A stretch of DNA of 64,000 nucleotides from Chiloscyllium plagiosum (GCF_004010195.1 NC_057711.1:79764361-79828360); one strand, 5' to 3'. Positions 23,460 through 38,043 are shown, counted from the first letter of the stretch. Numbers and translations: made by a program. Notes: generated from the letters alone by a model not told the origin.

Positions 23460-26400
23460 AATTAGAAGGAAATTCAGCATGTCCTTAAAGATGTATACCA
23501 ACTTTTATAGAGGAACCATAGAAAGCATTCTAACTGGATTCATCACAGCTTGGTATGGCAACTGCTCTGCCTAGGACTGTAAGAAACTACAGAGAGTTGT
23601 GAACAAAGCCCAGTCCATTGTGCAAGTCAACCTTCCATCTATTGAGTCCATCTATAATTCTCGCTGCCTCGGGAATGCAGCCAACATCATCAAAGACCCC
23701 TTCCATCCTGGTTATAGTCACTTCCAAACTCTTCTGTCAGGCCGAAAATACAAAAGCTTAATACACATACCAACAGATTCAGGATCACGTTCCTCCTTGC
23801 TGTAGTTAGACTTCTGAATGCACCTCTCAAATTTTAAATCTAATGTTGATCTCTGCTGAGAAATACGAAAGGGATGATCACCTTATTGGGATTGTATTAT
23901 AGACCCCCCAATAGTCAGCTGGAAATTGAGAAGCAGAATTGTAAGGAGATTTCAGTTATCTGTAAGAATAACAGGTGGTTATGGTAGGGGATTTGAACTT
24001 TCCAAACATAGACTGGGACTGCCAGTGTTAAGGGTTTAGATGGAGAGGAATTTGTTAAGAGTGTACAAAAACATTTTCTGATTCAGTATGTGGATGTACC
24101 TACCAGAGAAGGTGCAAACTTGACCTAGTCTTGGGAAATAAGGCAGGGCAGGGGAGTGAGGTGTCAATGAGGGAGCACTTTGGGGCCAGGGACCATAATT
24201 CTATTAGTTTTAAAATAGTAGTGGAAAAGGATAGACCAGATCTAACAATTGAAGTTCTAAACTGGAGGAAGGCCAATTTTGATGGTATTAGATAAGAACT
24301 TCCAAAAGCTGATTGAATGCAGATGTTTGCAGGTACTGAGAGAGTATATTCCTGTTAGGGTGAAAGGAAAGGCTGGTAGGTGTAGAGAATGATGGATGAC
24401 GAGAAAAAATGAGGGTTTGGTTAAGGAAAAGAAAGAAGCATATTGTCAGGTATAGACAGTAGAGATGGAGTGAATCCTTAGAAGGGTATAAAAACAGTAG
24501 GAGTATACTTAAGAGGGAAATCAGGCAGGCAGAAAGGGGACATGAGATAGTGTTGGCAAATAGGGTTAAGGAGAATCCAAAGGATTTTCACAAACGCATT
24601 AAGGACAAAAGGGTAACTAGGAGCAAATAGGGTCTCTCAAAGATCAGCAAGGCAGCCTTTGTGTGGTGCTGCAAGAGTTGGGGGAGATACTAAATGAGTA
24701 TTTTGTATCAGTGTCTACTGTGAAGAAGAACATAGAAGATATTGAATGTGGGGAAATAGATGGTGGCATATTGAAAAATGTCCATATTGCACAGTAGGAA
24801 GTGCTGAGATGGCTTGAAAGGCATAAAGGTGGATAAATCCCCAGGACCCAATCAGGTGTACCCGAGAACTCTGTGCGAAGCAAGAGAAGTGATTGCTGGG
24901 CACCTTGCTGAGATATTTGTATCACCGATAGTCACAGGTAAGGTGCCAGAAGACTGGAGATTGGCTAACATGGTACCATTATTCAAGAAATGTGGTAAAG
25001 ACAAGCCAGAGAACTATAGACCAGTGAGCCCGATATCAGTGGTGGGCAAGTTGTCGGAGGGAATCCTGGGGGACAGGATTTACACATATTTGGAAAGGCA
25101 AGGACTGATAAGGAATAGTCAACATGGCTTTATGCATTGGAAATCATGTCTCACAAATTTGATTGAGTTTTTTGAAAAAGTAACAAAGAGGATTGATCAG
25201 GAAGAGCGGTGGATGAGATCTATATGGACTTCAGTAAGGCGTTTGACAGGGTTACCCATGAGACACTGTTAAGCAAGGTTAGATCTCATGGAATACTAGG
25301 AGAACTAGCCAGTTGGATACAGAACTGGCTCAAAGGTAGAAGACAGGGGGTGGTGGTGGAGGATTGTTTTTCAGACTGAAGGCCTGTGACCAGTGAAGTG
25401 TCACATGGATTGGTGCTGGTTCCACTACTTTTTGTCTTTTATATAAATGATTTGGATATGAACATAGGAGGTATAGTTAGTAAGTCTGCAGATGGCACCA
25501 AAATTGGAGGTGTAGTAGGCAGCAAAAAAGGTTACCTCAGATTATAACAGGATCTTGATCAGATGGGCTAATGGGCTGAGGAGTGGCAGATAGAGTTTAA
25601 ATGCTGCATTTTGGGAAAGCAAATCTTAGCTGGGCTTATACACTTAATGGTAAGTTCTTAGGGAGTGTTGCTGAACAAAGAGACATTAGAGTGCGGGTTC
25701 GTAGCTCCTTGAAAGTAGTGTCGCAGGTAGATAGGATAGCGAAGAAGGTGTTTGGTATGCTTTCCTTTACTGGTCAGAGCAATGAGTATAGCAGTTAGGA
25801 GGTTATGTTGTGGTTGTACAGGACTTTGGTTAGGCCACTTTTGGAATATTTCATGCAATTCTGGTCTCCTTCCTATCGGAAGTATGTTGTGAAACTTGAA
25901 AGGGTTCAGAAAAGATTTACAAGGATTGTTGTCAGGTTTAGAGAATTTGAGCTTTAGGGAGAGGCTGAACAGGCTGGGGCTGTTTTCCCTGGAGTGTCAG
26001 AGGCCTTATCGAGGTTTATAAAATCATGAGGGACATGGATAGGATAAATAGACAAACTCTTTTCCCTGGGGTGGGGGAATCCAGAACTAGAGGGCATAGA
26101 TTTAGGGTGAGAGGGGGGCAGATATAAAAGGGACCTAAGGGCCAACCTTTTTATGCAGAGGGTGGTACATGTATGTAATGAGCTGCCAGAGGAAGTGGCA
26201 GAGGCTAGTACAATTGCAACATTTAAAAGGCATCTGGATGGGTATATGAATAGGAAGGGTTTGGACGGATATGGGCCAAGCGTGCCAGGTGGGAGGAGAT
26301 TGGGTTGGGATATCTGGTCGGCATGGACAAGTTGGAACAAAGGAACAAAGGGTCTGTTTCCATGACTCTCTGACTCTCTTCATGTACCTTCCCTGCAATC

Positions 26401-26532
26401 ATAATATTATATTCCTCACTTTGTTCTATTACCCTAATGCATTTTGTACGGTATGATCTATCTGTATAACAAACACGCAAAAGAAAAGTATTCACTGTAC
26501 CTAGGTACATGTGTCAATAATCAACAAATCAA
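23460..26532 (+). mobile_element. Rex1/Babar LINE 3' part (23460-23854 and 26375-26532), split by a CR1 insertion
   Basis: The two halves join into a sequence collinear with the uninterrupted copy at 52800-53345. Confidence 0.8.
23855..26375 (+). mobile_element. CR1 LINE, 5'-truncated (endonuclease to 3' UTR)
   Basis: KSPGP..YPRTL, NYRPVS, SQHGF..KSCLTNLIEFF, LHFGKAN; tail CATGACTCTCTGACTCT; same subfamily as 33872-38043. Confidence 0.93.
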
Positions 26533-29309
26533 AGTATGCAGATGTTAAGAATATGTGAGGGAAAATTGGCACTTAGAAGTGAAAAAAAAGGATTAACAAA
26601 GAAAAAGCAGATGAAGCTACATGTAGAACAAAGGGTTTGTTGATATTTCTAAATGATAGGTGTTGAATATCGCCGTGCTAGGCTGTGTAAAACAGTTGTA
26701 ATCAGATATTGCTTCACAAATGCAATTTTAAGCATAGAGACATCGCTGATTAATGCTCGTAAACTCCTTGTTGATTGCTCAACTTGCCAAATTAATATTC
26801 CAATTGTTGGTTAACCAAACCTACCCAACAAACTAGCTGGCAGATAAAACACAACATAAAAAGCGGCTGGGTGCTTGGCGGTTTCAGCTCACCTCTTCCT
26901 CCAAATGACTTCCATCTTGCCCACAGCCAAGGCATGATCCTCAAGCACCAGTCATAAACACTCTTCAACCAAAAGACATTGACAACAAATGCTCAGGGAA
27001 CTATCACCACCATCCTGGCATCTCTCCAGTGCACCGGTTGTGTACATTTGCCCATCAGGCCTCACTAGCAATAGCCCACAGTGTATATCATGCTGCCCAC
27101 TGGGACTGATTCTGTAATAGTCTTCTGTAATACACTCAGCATGTAAACTGCCATGCCTTGCACTGGCAATCAATACATTTACACCATCGGGCAGGTGATC
27201 ATACTCAGTCAAAGGGCATACATCTGCTCAAACGTCAGTGTGCTACATCAGTGTTGCATCTGTACCATGTATCTGCAGCATTCAAACTCAGCTCCTGTAG
27301 TCTGCAGCAAGCAATCGGACACTTATGAAAGTCTTAGGGGTGTAGTCTGCAGTGAGGTCCATGGGTATACCCTTTAGTCCAGGGGGCCCAGCATGATAAG
27401 TCAAAGGCAGCCACCCATAATGGTCACAGGCAGGCATCTGGTCAGGGTGGCTTTACACAGGGCATCTCTACCTCTGCATTCCAGGCAGCAGGTCACGCTC
27501 AGTCCTTTATTTCTATTGAACATAATCCATGGAGGAGGTGTGCTGCAATGGGGGACATTTGTGGTCACTAATTAGGGGTCTGTGTGGATTTGGGCCCACT
27601 GGCAGGCTGGGTCACTTGCATGACCCACAATCATCCCGTAACCTACATTCCCAAAATGAAAGGTGAAAGGGGAAAGGGAGGTTGATCATAGGATGAGGGT
27701 GGGGGCTGTAGATGTCGGCACATTGAGACACCTTAGACCTGGGAAGTGTGAAGCTGTAGTGTTTATGAAATAGGAAAGCACTGTGATGTTTGGCGTCCCA
27801 GCAGCTCATTCCATGAGGCTGCAAGGCAGTGGTAGTGGGCCATTCACTGTCATTTGCATTGTGCCTGCACATGCAATGGGCTGGGTAAGTGAGCTAATGG
27901 GTGAGAGATGGGCGTGAATGTACAGCTGGGTCACTGGGCACTGACAGGGAAAGAATTTGACTGTGAACACATGATGTGTTGGCACATGGACACGCAGTAT
28001 GCCTTCTCCCTCGCCATCCTACAGTATTGATGGTGTTTGGGTATTGTACCTCCCTGGCACGTCACTGCTGGGTTGAGATCTACACTGCTGAATGGTAGTC
28101 AACAGTGAAAAGCTTAGGGAAGGTATCTGAGTGAGCCAATGCTATAGACACACAATACTCCTATATGAATGAATTTAGTGCAGTTTCTGAACTACCAATG
28201 CTCAAGAAGAGATGCTGCAGGGTGCAATGAGGTTTCTCAACCACACTCAGAAACTCGAATGAGTATGTGAATGAAGAAAAACAAACATTTGTAAAGAAAA
28301 AGATGAATAATTTACACAACAATTGTGGCCCTTATATGCCCATAGTATATATTCCCTTTTACTTTCCTGCCTGCTACTACTTACTGAGCTCCTCGCTTCT
28401 ACAGATGGGGTGGAGGGAGCCTGTTCCACAGTGGAGCTTCTTGGCCATGGAGGTTTGATTGGATGATCCCCAGGATGTCTGTATGTAGATGTCCCAGACA
28501 GGCCCAGCATCTTCTTGTCAAGATGAATTGAAACATTAACTCTGCATTCTTCCTGCAGATGCTGCCAGACCTGCTGCGGTTTCTGTTTTTGTGATATAAA
28601 GGAATTGACTGAATAAGAGACTCGTGAATGGCATAGCTCTTAAGGCTGGTGCAATTGGGAGTAATCTGTTGAGATGTTCTGGGGCAGCAAGCCAATTGTG
28701 CAGATTTAGTGTTGTGGGAGGAAAGGGTCAGGAGAGTGAGTGAGGATTCATGTGGTAGTGAAGATGTCAAGTCATGGACATTGATGGGAGGTGGGTGCAG
28801 TGGCAGAGGTGGAGTGATGGTCAGTAATGGGCACAGTCACTGTCAGTAGAATTCAGTCAAATAAGAAAAAGGTTGAGTACATATACTCATATACTGTTGA
28901 AAATGTGGCTCTAAATGGAAATTTGGTGCAAAGTGGGTCAGAAGTACTTTAACTAAGCTTTATTGTTGGGTAAACTCTCCAGGGTGAGAGGCAAGTGGAA
29001 GAAGATAAAAGGCATGGATTGCATGGTCAGTCTGGAATGAGAAAAGACACTGTGACTTACAAACCACAGTGTGATGTGAGCGTAGGATGAGAAACTGATT
29101 ACTGAGTAGGACTGGTGAATATTTTTAGTCATTTAAGTAAAGATAAAGTCTTCAGTTTGTGTTAAGGTCTCCAGAGTTTTCTTCTGTTTTTCTCAAACAA
29201 TAACTGCTAAAGTGTCAGATTGATATTGGGGATTATTTTCTTAGTTTATAAAAACAAAATATCATTACAATATAGTGTAAAGTGCATGGAACCTAGAGTT
29301 GTTAATTTA

Positions 29310-30590
29310 TAAATTAGATCAAATACAATGGCGATAGCAGGATTGGTAAAGTGTTGATGCTACAACATGTGAAAGCTGCTGGACACCAAAATGATCCAGA
29401 GTGATGACATCTGCATTGCCGTTTGGACCTGAGCTGAGGAGCTAGAATCTGAGGAGCAGACATTGTGACAACATCAGGGAAGGTGAAAGTTACCTGAACG
29501 CTTTTGCTGCAGAGGGTGGTCACACCCTTCAGATTAGGTCATTCAAAATTGGTCTGTTCAGGGATAGGCGGCTGAGGCAGATATGAGGACTCAGGGGATT
29601 GCAATTGAGGAACCTCAGCCTCTGTAATTGTTGAACAGCTACAAGGTTCAGGTAAACTTCACAGACAAGGACGGGGACTATAGGGAGGATGAGTGAACTG
29701 ATCATGGCATCTTGGTACTGAGAGCCAATAAGTAGAGGGTAAAAAAAGAGTGCAGTGACAGTATAATTAGAGGGAGATATACTTATACTGTTCTCTGTAG
29801 CATCAAGAAGGAATCCCAAAATCTGTGATGCCTGCCCACTGACTAGATTAAGGACATTTCCTCAGGGCTGGAAAATAACTTGGTGAGGGAGGGGAGGGTT
29901 CATTGCTGCCATTAACATTGGTACCAAAGGCCCTGATAGGGCTGGAAAGAGTGTCTGATGAAAGATCTTGAATAATTAGGAGCTAAATTAAAAAGCAGAA
30001 TCTTCAAGATACTAATCTCTGGAATACTAATCTGTTTGAATGGGACAGAAAGTGAGAGAGTATACAAACATAGAAAATCAGCAGTAAGTAGCTTCAAAGG
30101 AGAAAAAAGATAAAAGGTAAATTGAATGGCTCTTTTGTTTAATGTGCCTAGTATATGGAACAAAATAAATCAATTAACAGCAGAGAAAAAAATAGGTTAT
30201 AGCCATTATGGAGACATTGTGGTTACGAGGAGATCAAAGCTGGGTACTAAATATTCAGAGATATCTGAGTTTTCAAAGGGACCAGAGGACATAATCTTAG
30301 AATAAGGGAAAATATATATAAGACTCCTGCAGAGATGAGGAGGAAGTTCTTCTCTGAGAGAATAGTGAATCTTAGGATTTCTTTAACACAGAGGCTGATG
30401 AGGCTAAGTCATTATGTACATTCAAAGCTGAGATGGACAAGTTTTTAATCAGTAAGGGAATCAACAGTTAAGTAGAAAAACAGGGAAGTGGAGTTGAGAA
30501 TGATTACATCAGCCATGATCTAACTGAGTGGCAGAGCAGACTTGATGCATTGAATGGCCTACTACTGCTCCTACATCTGAAGATCTTCAT
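29310..30590 (+). mobile_element. Old CR1 relic: ORF1 region (about 29310-30290) joined to a 3' end (about 30290-30590)
   Basis: Degenerate similarity to ORF1 (coiled coil, D-S-I-I-R-G, CLP, ILISG) and a CR1 tail TGAATGGCCTACTACTGCTCCTA. Confidence 0.55.
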
Positions 30591-30614
30591 CAGGTCACTG
30601 AGAGTAGAGTGTAG

Positions 30615-30862
30615 CACTTCCGGTGCACAAGTGGAGAAAGCCATTCACTTTCTTCCTGCAATGTAGCCCGGTCATCCAAACCCCAGAGACAGCACTGACA
30701 CTGTTGGCAATATCCAACCAGAACACCATCATCTCATGGCATTGCCTTCTCTGATGGTCCTCCAGATAGAGAACACCTTTTTGCTTCACCATCCTTCCTG
30801 TCAAGATCTCCAGGTCCTTCTCTGAAAAATGTGATGACCGCCTCAGCTCCTCTTCTCCATCA
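30615..30862 (-). pseudogene. Harbinger-type Myb/SANT exon relic
   Basis: RSSHFSEKDLEILTGRMVKQKGVLY..WLDIANSVSAVS..CRKKVNGFL, open frame, followed by GGAAGT (decayed donor). Confidence 0.72.
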
Positions 30863-30899
30863 TCTCTCCTCTCCTACAGGTGAGCTGTCAGAATTCAAA

Positions 30900-31310
30900 G
30901 ATGGTGCTCAGGGGAGGTATGCTGCAGTTTGTTCACTTATCCTCCTTGCTCACACTGGGAGCAAGAACCTTATACCTATTGGACAATGACACTGGCTAAG
31001 CCTCCTCCAAAGTTAAATTCTGAATCCCATGCCTGCTTCACCTACAATTCCATCTTTCTGTTCCCGAAGACAGGCCAAATTTGCTATAATTAATCTAAGA
31101 ATTGTTACTGCCTTTTGAACAGAGTTCATCGACTTCTACCCCTCTTTGGTATGCTGTAGAGTTCATTGCTTGCGCTCCAACTCATCAATTTGGAGCCAAA
31201 CTCTGAGCAGCCAGCACTTACTGCAGTTGTAATCACCGTGAATTGTAATGGCATCCACCAGTTGCCATATATTACAACTGCAATACTTTGCCTTCCCAGT
31301 CTTCCCAGTG
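30900..31310 (-). mobile_element. CR1 5'/ORF1 N-terminal relic
   Basis: Minus strand has C-x2-C pairs (CSC..W..V; CSKC) and ELE coiled-coil, paralleling 29340-29520. Confidence 0.45.
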
Positions 31311-33871
31311 GACTTAATTCATTAATGTAATGTTAAATATTTTAAAAGCAAATTTCTTAACCCTATTCCTCAGCTGCAATTATGTGTCCTGATTTTAACC
31401 ATTTTGCCAATCAAAAGATACACAGAAGAAATAAACACCAGTCATTATCTATGTCCTTGTGATGTTGCATGTGGACTCAGCCAGGTAGAAACTGAAGGAG
31501 TTCTCTGTCATTGCTTTCATCATAAGGCAATGTGTTGCAGCTGTGGTATGTGAGAAATAGTGGATGCCATACAATCTGTGGTGACTACATTTGTTGCCCT
31601 TTTCACACGGGTCCTCTCTTCTCTTATTAAAACTGATTTCTCCTCATGTTTGTGAGTCTGCTCAAGCATTCTATCTCCCATTGTTTTTAAAACTGCTGTG
31701 CCCACACTCTCTCACATTCTTTCTGAAGCTGTTGTCCCCAACCTCTCCCAGCCATAGCAGAAGCACAGGGTGCTCATCTCCCTCGCTCTTTCAATGGGAA
31801 TAGTGGGAAATATTGTCAAGTTCTTCCAGGATGCAGTCCGATAAAGTTCAGAGTTCACAGAATATTCACCCCTACTCCTCTGACAGCATTTCTAATGTGA
31901 TTTAAAAGTTTGAAATATGATAGATCTATCCTAGGACCCAAGTTGTTACTCCCACCATGCAGTAGGAGATCTTCTTGGCATTTTCTCTGCCACATCAAAA
32001 TAATTTTGATTCTTATATCTTCTAAAAGGTATTGCAAAAGCAAGGCAAAATGTCAAGGTCCTTATCAAAGGACACTGCTCAGATTCAAGGGAATGGAAAA
32101 ATAAGTTAAAATAAAATGTTTCAATACACTCTTACCCTCACCACCACAAACAATATTGAGTTTCTAAAGCCCGTAGATTGTTGGAGAAATATACGATTGA
32201 GCAATGTAAAGATTGAATAAGTGTAGCAATAGCATGATTATATTATTATACCCCAATGGATATGTAAAAGTGAGGAAGCCTTTTTAATATCATACTTGTA
32301 CATTTAGGCGGAACTACCTACAAAGTACTACATTGAAATGATTAAACTTCAGTTTAGCATCATTCTTCCATTCTTCCAGATAAGGTTCTGTGACTCTACC
32401 TCCACTTTGAGTATGTGTGACACTGCACACTTTAGTTTCTAAAATCTTTCCACATAACAGTTCAAACTGGGTCACTATAACAAAGAATGGCAGTGACAGC
32501 TGACATTTCAAACTGAGCAACGAGATTACAGGATTGATTACCCCTGACATTTTCTTGAAAGTAAAGAATCCAAGGTTCAATCCAGATGTGTTTGGTGTAC
32601 TGACAAAGTGATTTTTAATGGACCTGACTTGGAACCTTTGCCTGAGGCCAGGGTCTCTTGTTGAGGTGGAAATAAAACCAGCCTAACCATGTGAAGCACA
32701 ATCAATACCAGGCTGGTGGCCATCGCTTTACCTCTAAGGGTGTTTGCTTTAACTATTTCACTAACACTTAACTTTAAGTTCTGAATAATCCATATGCTAC
32801 ATAGCAGTCTCCTTTGATTCTTTTAGCAATTTAAAGAATATAATAGATGTAATCGATTCCACCGCATTGTCTTGCCACCTGGAAAATAAACTCTTGGCTG
32901 ACAGCTATTTCCATTCAGAAAACAGACCCAGAAACAGAATCCTCCACAGCAATCTGTATCATGTGCAGGTTTCTACCGTTCTAGCCTGCCCGTGGATTTT
33001 GGTGTGTTAAGTGGACCATTTTGCCGAATCTAAGAAAGACCTTTTCATTTGATTGCTCAGATCCCTGGAGAGGGTGTCAGTGTTTGTGCTCACATTCTGG
33101 AACCCAGTTAGACCATTTTGAGCCACTTCTGGCATCGTAGGCCTGAAGCTCCCTGAGTATAATGACAATAATGCTGGCATGTCCTGTGTGCGTTGCATCC
33201 AAACATCTGATACTGATAGCCCTACCTGCCATTTTGGATCTTATAGCTCTTGTTAATGTCCACACTATCACTCCCAGCTGAACAGATTTTCAACTCAATG
33301 TGGGACCACCTACTAATGTTATTATGAAGGAATACCATTCAAATCCAGGTAAGCTACTTTTGCCATTTTATTGTGAGAGGAAGTCTTATGTTCAGCGGTT
33401 GAGTGTTACTGGACAATTTTGATAAAGGTTTTGGAATTCCAAGGGACTAATTTTTGAACCTAACAGATGTTTAGGAGATGTTGGAAGGCCTTGCAGTGGG
33501 AAGCCTGCTTTTAGTCATGGAGCATACCTTGGACATGGAATGCAGTAGCAGAGAGGGAAGCTGCATGCAAAATGCAGAAATGTTCTCATTAGAAGGCCTT
33601 ACTGCCTTATGATCTTCAGTGAGCACTTCTCATACCTCCACATGAGCCCTGAGATGGCTAAATTTAATCCTACAGTAAATGATTGAACAATGTCCTGAAC
33701 CTGAAATCAAAAAATAAGTTGAAGACAGTACTCCAGCGGTTACAAAGATTAATGTCTCTTAGTTTCTACAGTTACAGATCTATCATGTTGGAAATCAGTG
33801 AAATTTTCAATTTTCAACAGCCAGGATGAGTGGGCATATGGCTTTGACAGAGTAGTAAGATTTCCAACAGT

Positions 33872-36800
33872 ATAGAGTCATAGAGATGCACAGCATGGAA
33901 ACAGACCAACCCATCCATGCCGCCAGATATCCCAACCCAATCTAGTCCCACCTGCCAGCACCTGGCCCATATCCCTCCAAACCCTTCCTATTCATATACC
34001 CATCCAAATGCCGCTTAAATGGTGCAATTGTACCAGCCTCCATCACATCCTCTGGCAGCTCATTCCAGACACGTATCACCCTCTGTGTGAAAAAGTTGCC
34101 CCTTAGGTCTCTTTTATATCTTTCCCCTCTCAACCTATGCCATTTAGTTCTGAACTCCCACACCCCAGGGAAAAGACTTTGTCTATTTATCCTATCCATG
34201 CCCCTCATGATTTTGTAAACCTATATAAGGTCACCCCTCAGCCTCCGACACTCCAGGGAAAAAAGCTCCAGCCTGTTCAGCCTCTCCCTATAGCTCAAAT
34301 CTTCCAATCCTGGCAATATCCTTGTAAATCTTTTTTGAACCCTTTCAAGTTTCACAACATCTTTCCGATAGGTAGGAGACCAGAATTGCATGCAATATTC
34401 CAACAGTGGCCTAACCAATGTCCTGTACAGCCGCAACAGGACCTCACAACACCTGTACTCAATACTCTGACCAAAAAAGGAAAGCATACCAAACGTCCTC
34501 TTCACTATCCTATCAACCTGCGACTCCACTTTCAAGGAGCTACGAACCTGCATTCCAAGGTCCCTTTGTTCAGCAACACTCCCTAGGACCTGACCATTAA
34601 CCATATAAGTCCTGCTAAGAATTGCTTTCCCAAAATGCAATTTCGCATTTATCTGAAATAAACTCCATCTGCCACTTCTCAGCCCATTGGCCCATCTGGT
34701 CAAGATCCTGTTGTAATCTGAGTTAATCCTCTTCGCTGTCCACTCCACCTCTAATTTTGGTGTAATCTGCAACCTTACTAACTGTACTTCTTATGCTCAC
34801 ATCCAAATCATTTATGTAAATGACAAAAAGTAGTGGACTCAGCACCGATCCTTGTGGCACTCCACTGGTCACAGGCCTCCAGTCTGAAAAACAACCCTCC
34901 ACCACTACCCTCTGTCTTCTACCTTTGAGCCAGTTCTGTACCAAATGGCTAATTCTCTCTGTATTCTGTGAGATCTAACCTTACTAACCAGTCTCCCATG
35001 AGGAACCTTGTCGAAAGCCTTACTGAAGTCCATATAGATCACATCTACCACAATGCTCTCATCAATCCTCTTTGTTACTTCTTCAAAAAACTCAATCAAG
35101 TTTGTGGACATGATTTCCCATGTACAATATCCCTAATCAGTCCTTGCCTTTCCAAATACATGTACATTCTGTCTCTCAGGATTCCCTCCAACAACTTGCC
35201 CACCACTGACGTCAGGCTCACTGGCCTATAGTTCCCTGGCTTGTCCTTACCAACTTTCTTAAACAGTGGCACCACGTTAGCCAACCTCCAGTCTTCCAGG
35301 TCCTCACCTGTGACTATGGATGATACAAATATCTCAGCAAGAGGCCCAGCAATTACTTCTCTAGCTTCCCACAGAGTTCTCGGGTACACCTGATCAGGCC
35401 TGGGGATTTATCCATCTTTATGCATTTCAAGACATCTAGCATTTCCTCCTCTGTAATATAGATATTTTTCAAGGTGTCACCATCTATTTCCCTACATTCT
35501 ATATCTTTCATATTCGTTTCCACAGTAAATACTGATGCAAGATACTCGTTTAGTATCTCCCCTATTTTCTGTGGCTCCACACAAAGGCCGCCTTGCTGAT
35601 CTTTGAGGGGCCCTATACTCTAACTAGTTATCCTTTTGTCCTTAATGTATTTGTAAAAACCTTTTGGATTCTCCTTAGCTCTATTTGCCAAAGCTATCTC
35701 ATGTCCCCTTTTTGCCCTCCTGATTTCCCTCTTAACTATACTCCTACTTCCTTTATACTGTTCTAAGGATTCACTCGATCTATGCTGTCTATACCTTACA
35801 TGTGCTTCCTTCTTTGTCTTAACCAAACCCTCAACTTTTTAAGTCATCCAGCATTCCCTACACCTACCTGCCTTCCCTTTCACCCTGACAGGAATATACT
35901 TTCTCTGGATTCTTGTCATCTCATTTCCGAAGGCTTCCCAGTTTCCAGCCATCCCTTTACCTGCAAACATCTGCACACAATCAGTTTTTGAAAGTTCTTG
36001 CCAAATACCATCAAAATTTCTCCAATTTAGAACTTCAACTTTTAGATCTGGTCTATCCTTTTCCATCATTATTTTAAATCTAATAGAATTATGGTCACTG
36101 GCCCCAAAGTGCTTCCTCACTGACACCTCAGTCACCTGCCCGCCTTATTTCCCAAGAGTAGATCAAGTTTTGCACCTTCTCTAGTAGGTACATCCACATA
36201 CTGAATCAGAAANNNNNNNNNNNNNNNNNNNNNNNNNNNNNNNNNNNNNNNNNNNNNNNNNNNNNNNNNNNNNNNNNNNNNNNNNNNNNNNNNNNNNNNN
36301 NNNNNNNNNNNNNNNNNNNNNNNNNNNNNNNNNNNNNNNNNNNNNNNNNNNNNNNNNNNNNNNNNNNNNNNNNNNNNATAGCTGAGATCTCCTTACAAGT
36401 TTGTTTCTCAATTTCCCTCTGACTATTAGGGGGTCTATAATACAATCCCAATAAGGTGATTATCCCTTTCTTATTTCTCTTTTCCACCCAAATAACTTCC
36501 CTGGATGTATTTCCAGGAATATCCTCACTCAGTACAGCTGTAATGCTATCCCTTATCAAAAATGCCACTGCCCCTCTTCTCTTGCCTCCCATTCTATCCT
36601 TCCTGCAGCATTTGTATCCTGGAACATTAATCTGCCAGTCCTGCCCATCTCTTAGCCATGTTTCTGTAATGTCTATGCATCACTAATCCCCTTTATGGGT
36701 GGCATGGTAGCTCAGTGGTTAGCACTGTTGCCTCACAACATCAGGGTCCCAGGTTTGATTCTAACCTCAGACGAGTGTCTGTGTGGAGTTTGCACGTTCT

Positions 36801-38043
36801 CCCCGTGTCTGTGTGGGTTTCCTCCGGGTGCTCTGGTTTCCTCCCACAGTCCAAAGATGTGCAGGTCAGGTGAATTGGCCATGCTAAATTGCCCATAGTT
36901 TTAAGTGCATTAGTCTGGGTCTGGGTGGATTACTTTTCAGAGGGTCGGTGTGGACTGGTTGGGCCGAAGGTCCTGTTTCCATACTGTAGGGAATCTAATC
37001 TAATCATCTCAGTCCCATGTTTCTAACCATGCCCTAAGTTCATCTACCTTCCCTGTTAGGTCCCTTGCATTGAAATAAATGCAGTTTAATTTGTTAGTCC
37101 TACCTTGTCCCTGCCTGCTCTGACTGTTTGACTCTCTTGTGTTCTCAACTGTACCAGTCTCAGATTGATCTCTTTCTTCACTATCTCCCTCGGTCTCACG
37201 TCCACCCCTCCCCCCCACTGCGCACCCCACCAACACCCCCCCGCCCCCCGCCGACCTTTCTAGTTTAAATCCTCCCGAGCAGCTATAACAAGTTTCCCTG
37301 CTAGTATATTAGTCCCCTTCCAATTTAGGTGCAATATGTCCTTTTTGTACAGGTCACTTCTACCCCAAAACAGCTTCCAATGATCCAAAAATGTGAGTCC
37401 TTCTCCCATACACCAGCTCCTCAGCCATGCATTCATCTGTTCTATCCTCCTATTCCTGCCCTCACTAGCTCGTAGTACTGGGAGTAATCCAGATATTACT
37501 ACTCTCGAGGACCTCCTTTTTAGAGTCCTGCCTAACTCTTTATAATCACCCTTCAGAATCTCAACCTTTTCCCTTCCTATGTCGTTGGCTGCAATGTAGA
37601 CAATGACCTCTTGCTGGCCCCTCTCCCCCGTGAGAATATTCTGCACCCTCTCTGAGACATCCTTGATCCTGGCACCAGGGAAGCAACATACCATTCTGCT
37701 TTTTCGCTGCTGGCCACAGAAACAGTCTGTACCTCGGACTACAGAATCCCCTAACACAATTGATCTCTTGGAACCCAACGTACCCCTTGTTGCATTAGAG
37801 CCAGTCTCAATACCAGAAACTTGGCTGTTCGTGCTATGTTCCCCTGAGAATCCATCACCCCCTCTATTTTCCAAAACAGCATACTTGTTTGAAATGGGTA
37901 TAGCCACAGAAGACTCCTGCACTTGGGGCCTACCTCTCTTACCTTTCCTGGAGTTAACCCATCTATGTGACTGTATCTGAGACTTCCCCCCTTCCTATAA
38001 CTGCCATCCATCACATACTGTTGCTGTTGCAAATTCCTCATCT
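33872..38043 (-). mobile_element. Near full-length CR1 LINE (ORF1 esterase, endonuclease, RT, 3' UTR), with SINE insertion and N gap 36213-36377
   Basis: 37260-37922 SGNH ORF (LGDS, AAND, DILHLN); [36 protein letters not shown]1 tail at 33872. Confidence 0.95.
36697..37005 (+). mobile_element. Full-length HE1-like V-SINE inserted in the CR1
   Basis: tRNA head, complete V domain, CR1-like tail ending (TCTAA)n; CR1 sequence resumes on both sides. Confidence 0.9.

Noticed and set aside
26870..27600. Possible further Harbinger remnants (also 12550-13440, 38050-38340, 40880-41120)
   Set aside because: Only faint motif resemblance; too decayed to support by eye.
33007..33271. Protein-like short ORFs (also 20770-20973, 22828-23274, 60838-61035, 8583-8993)
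   Set aside because: No recognisable domain and no convincing splice-site pair.
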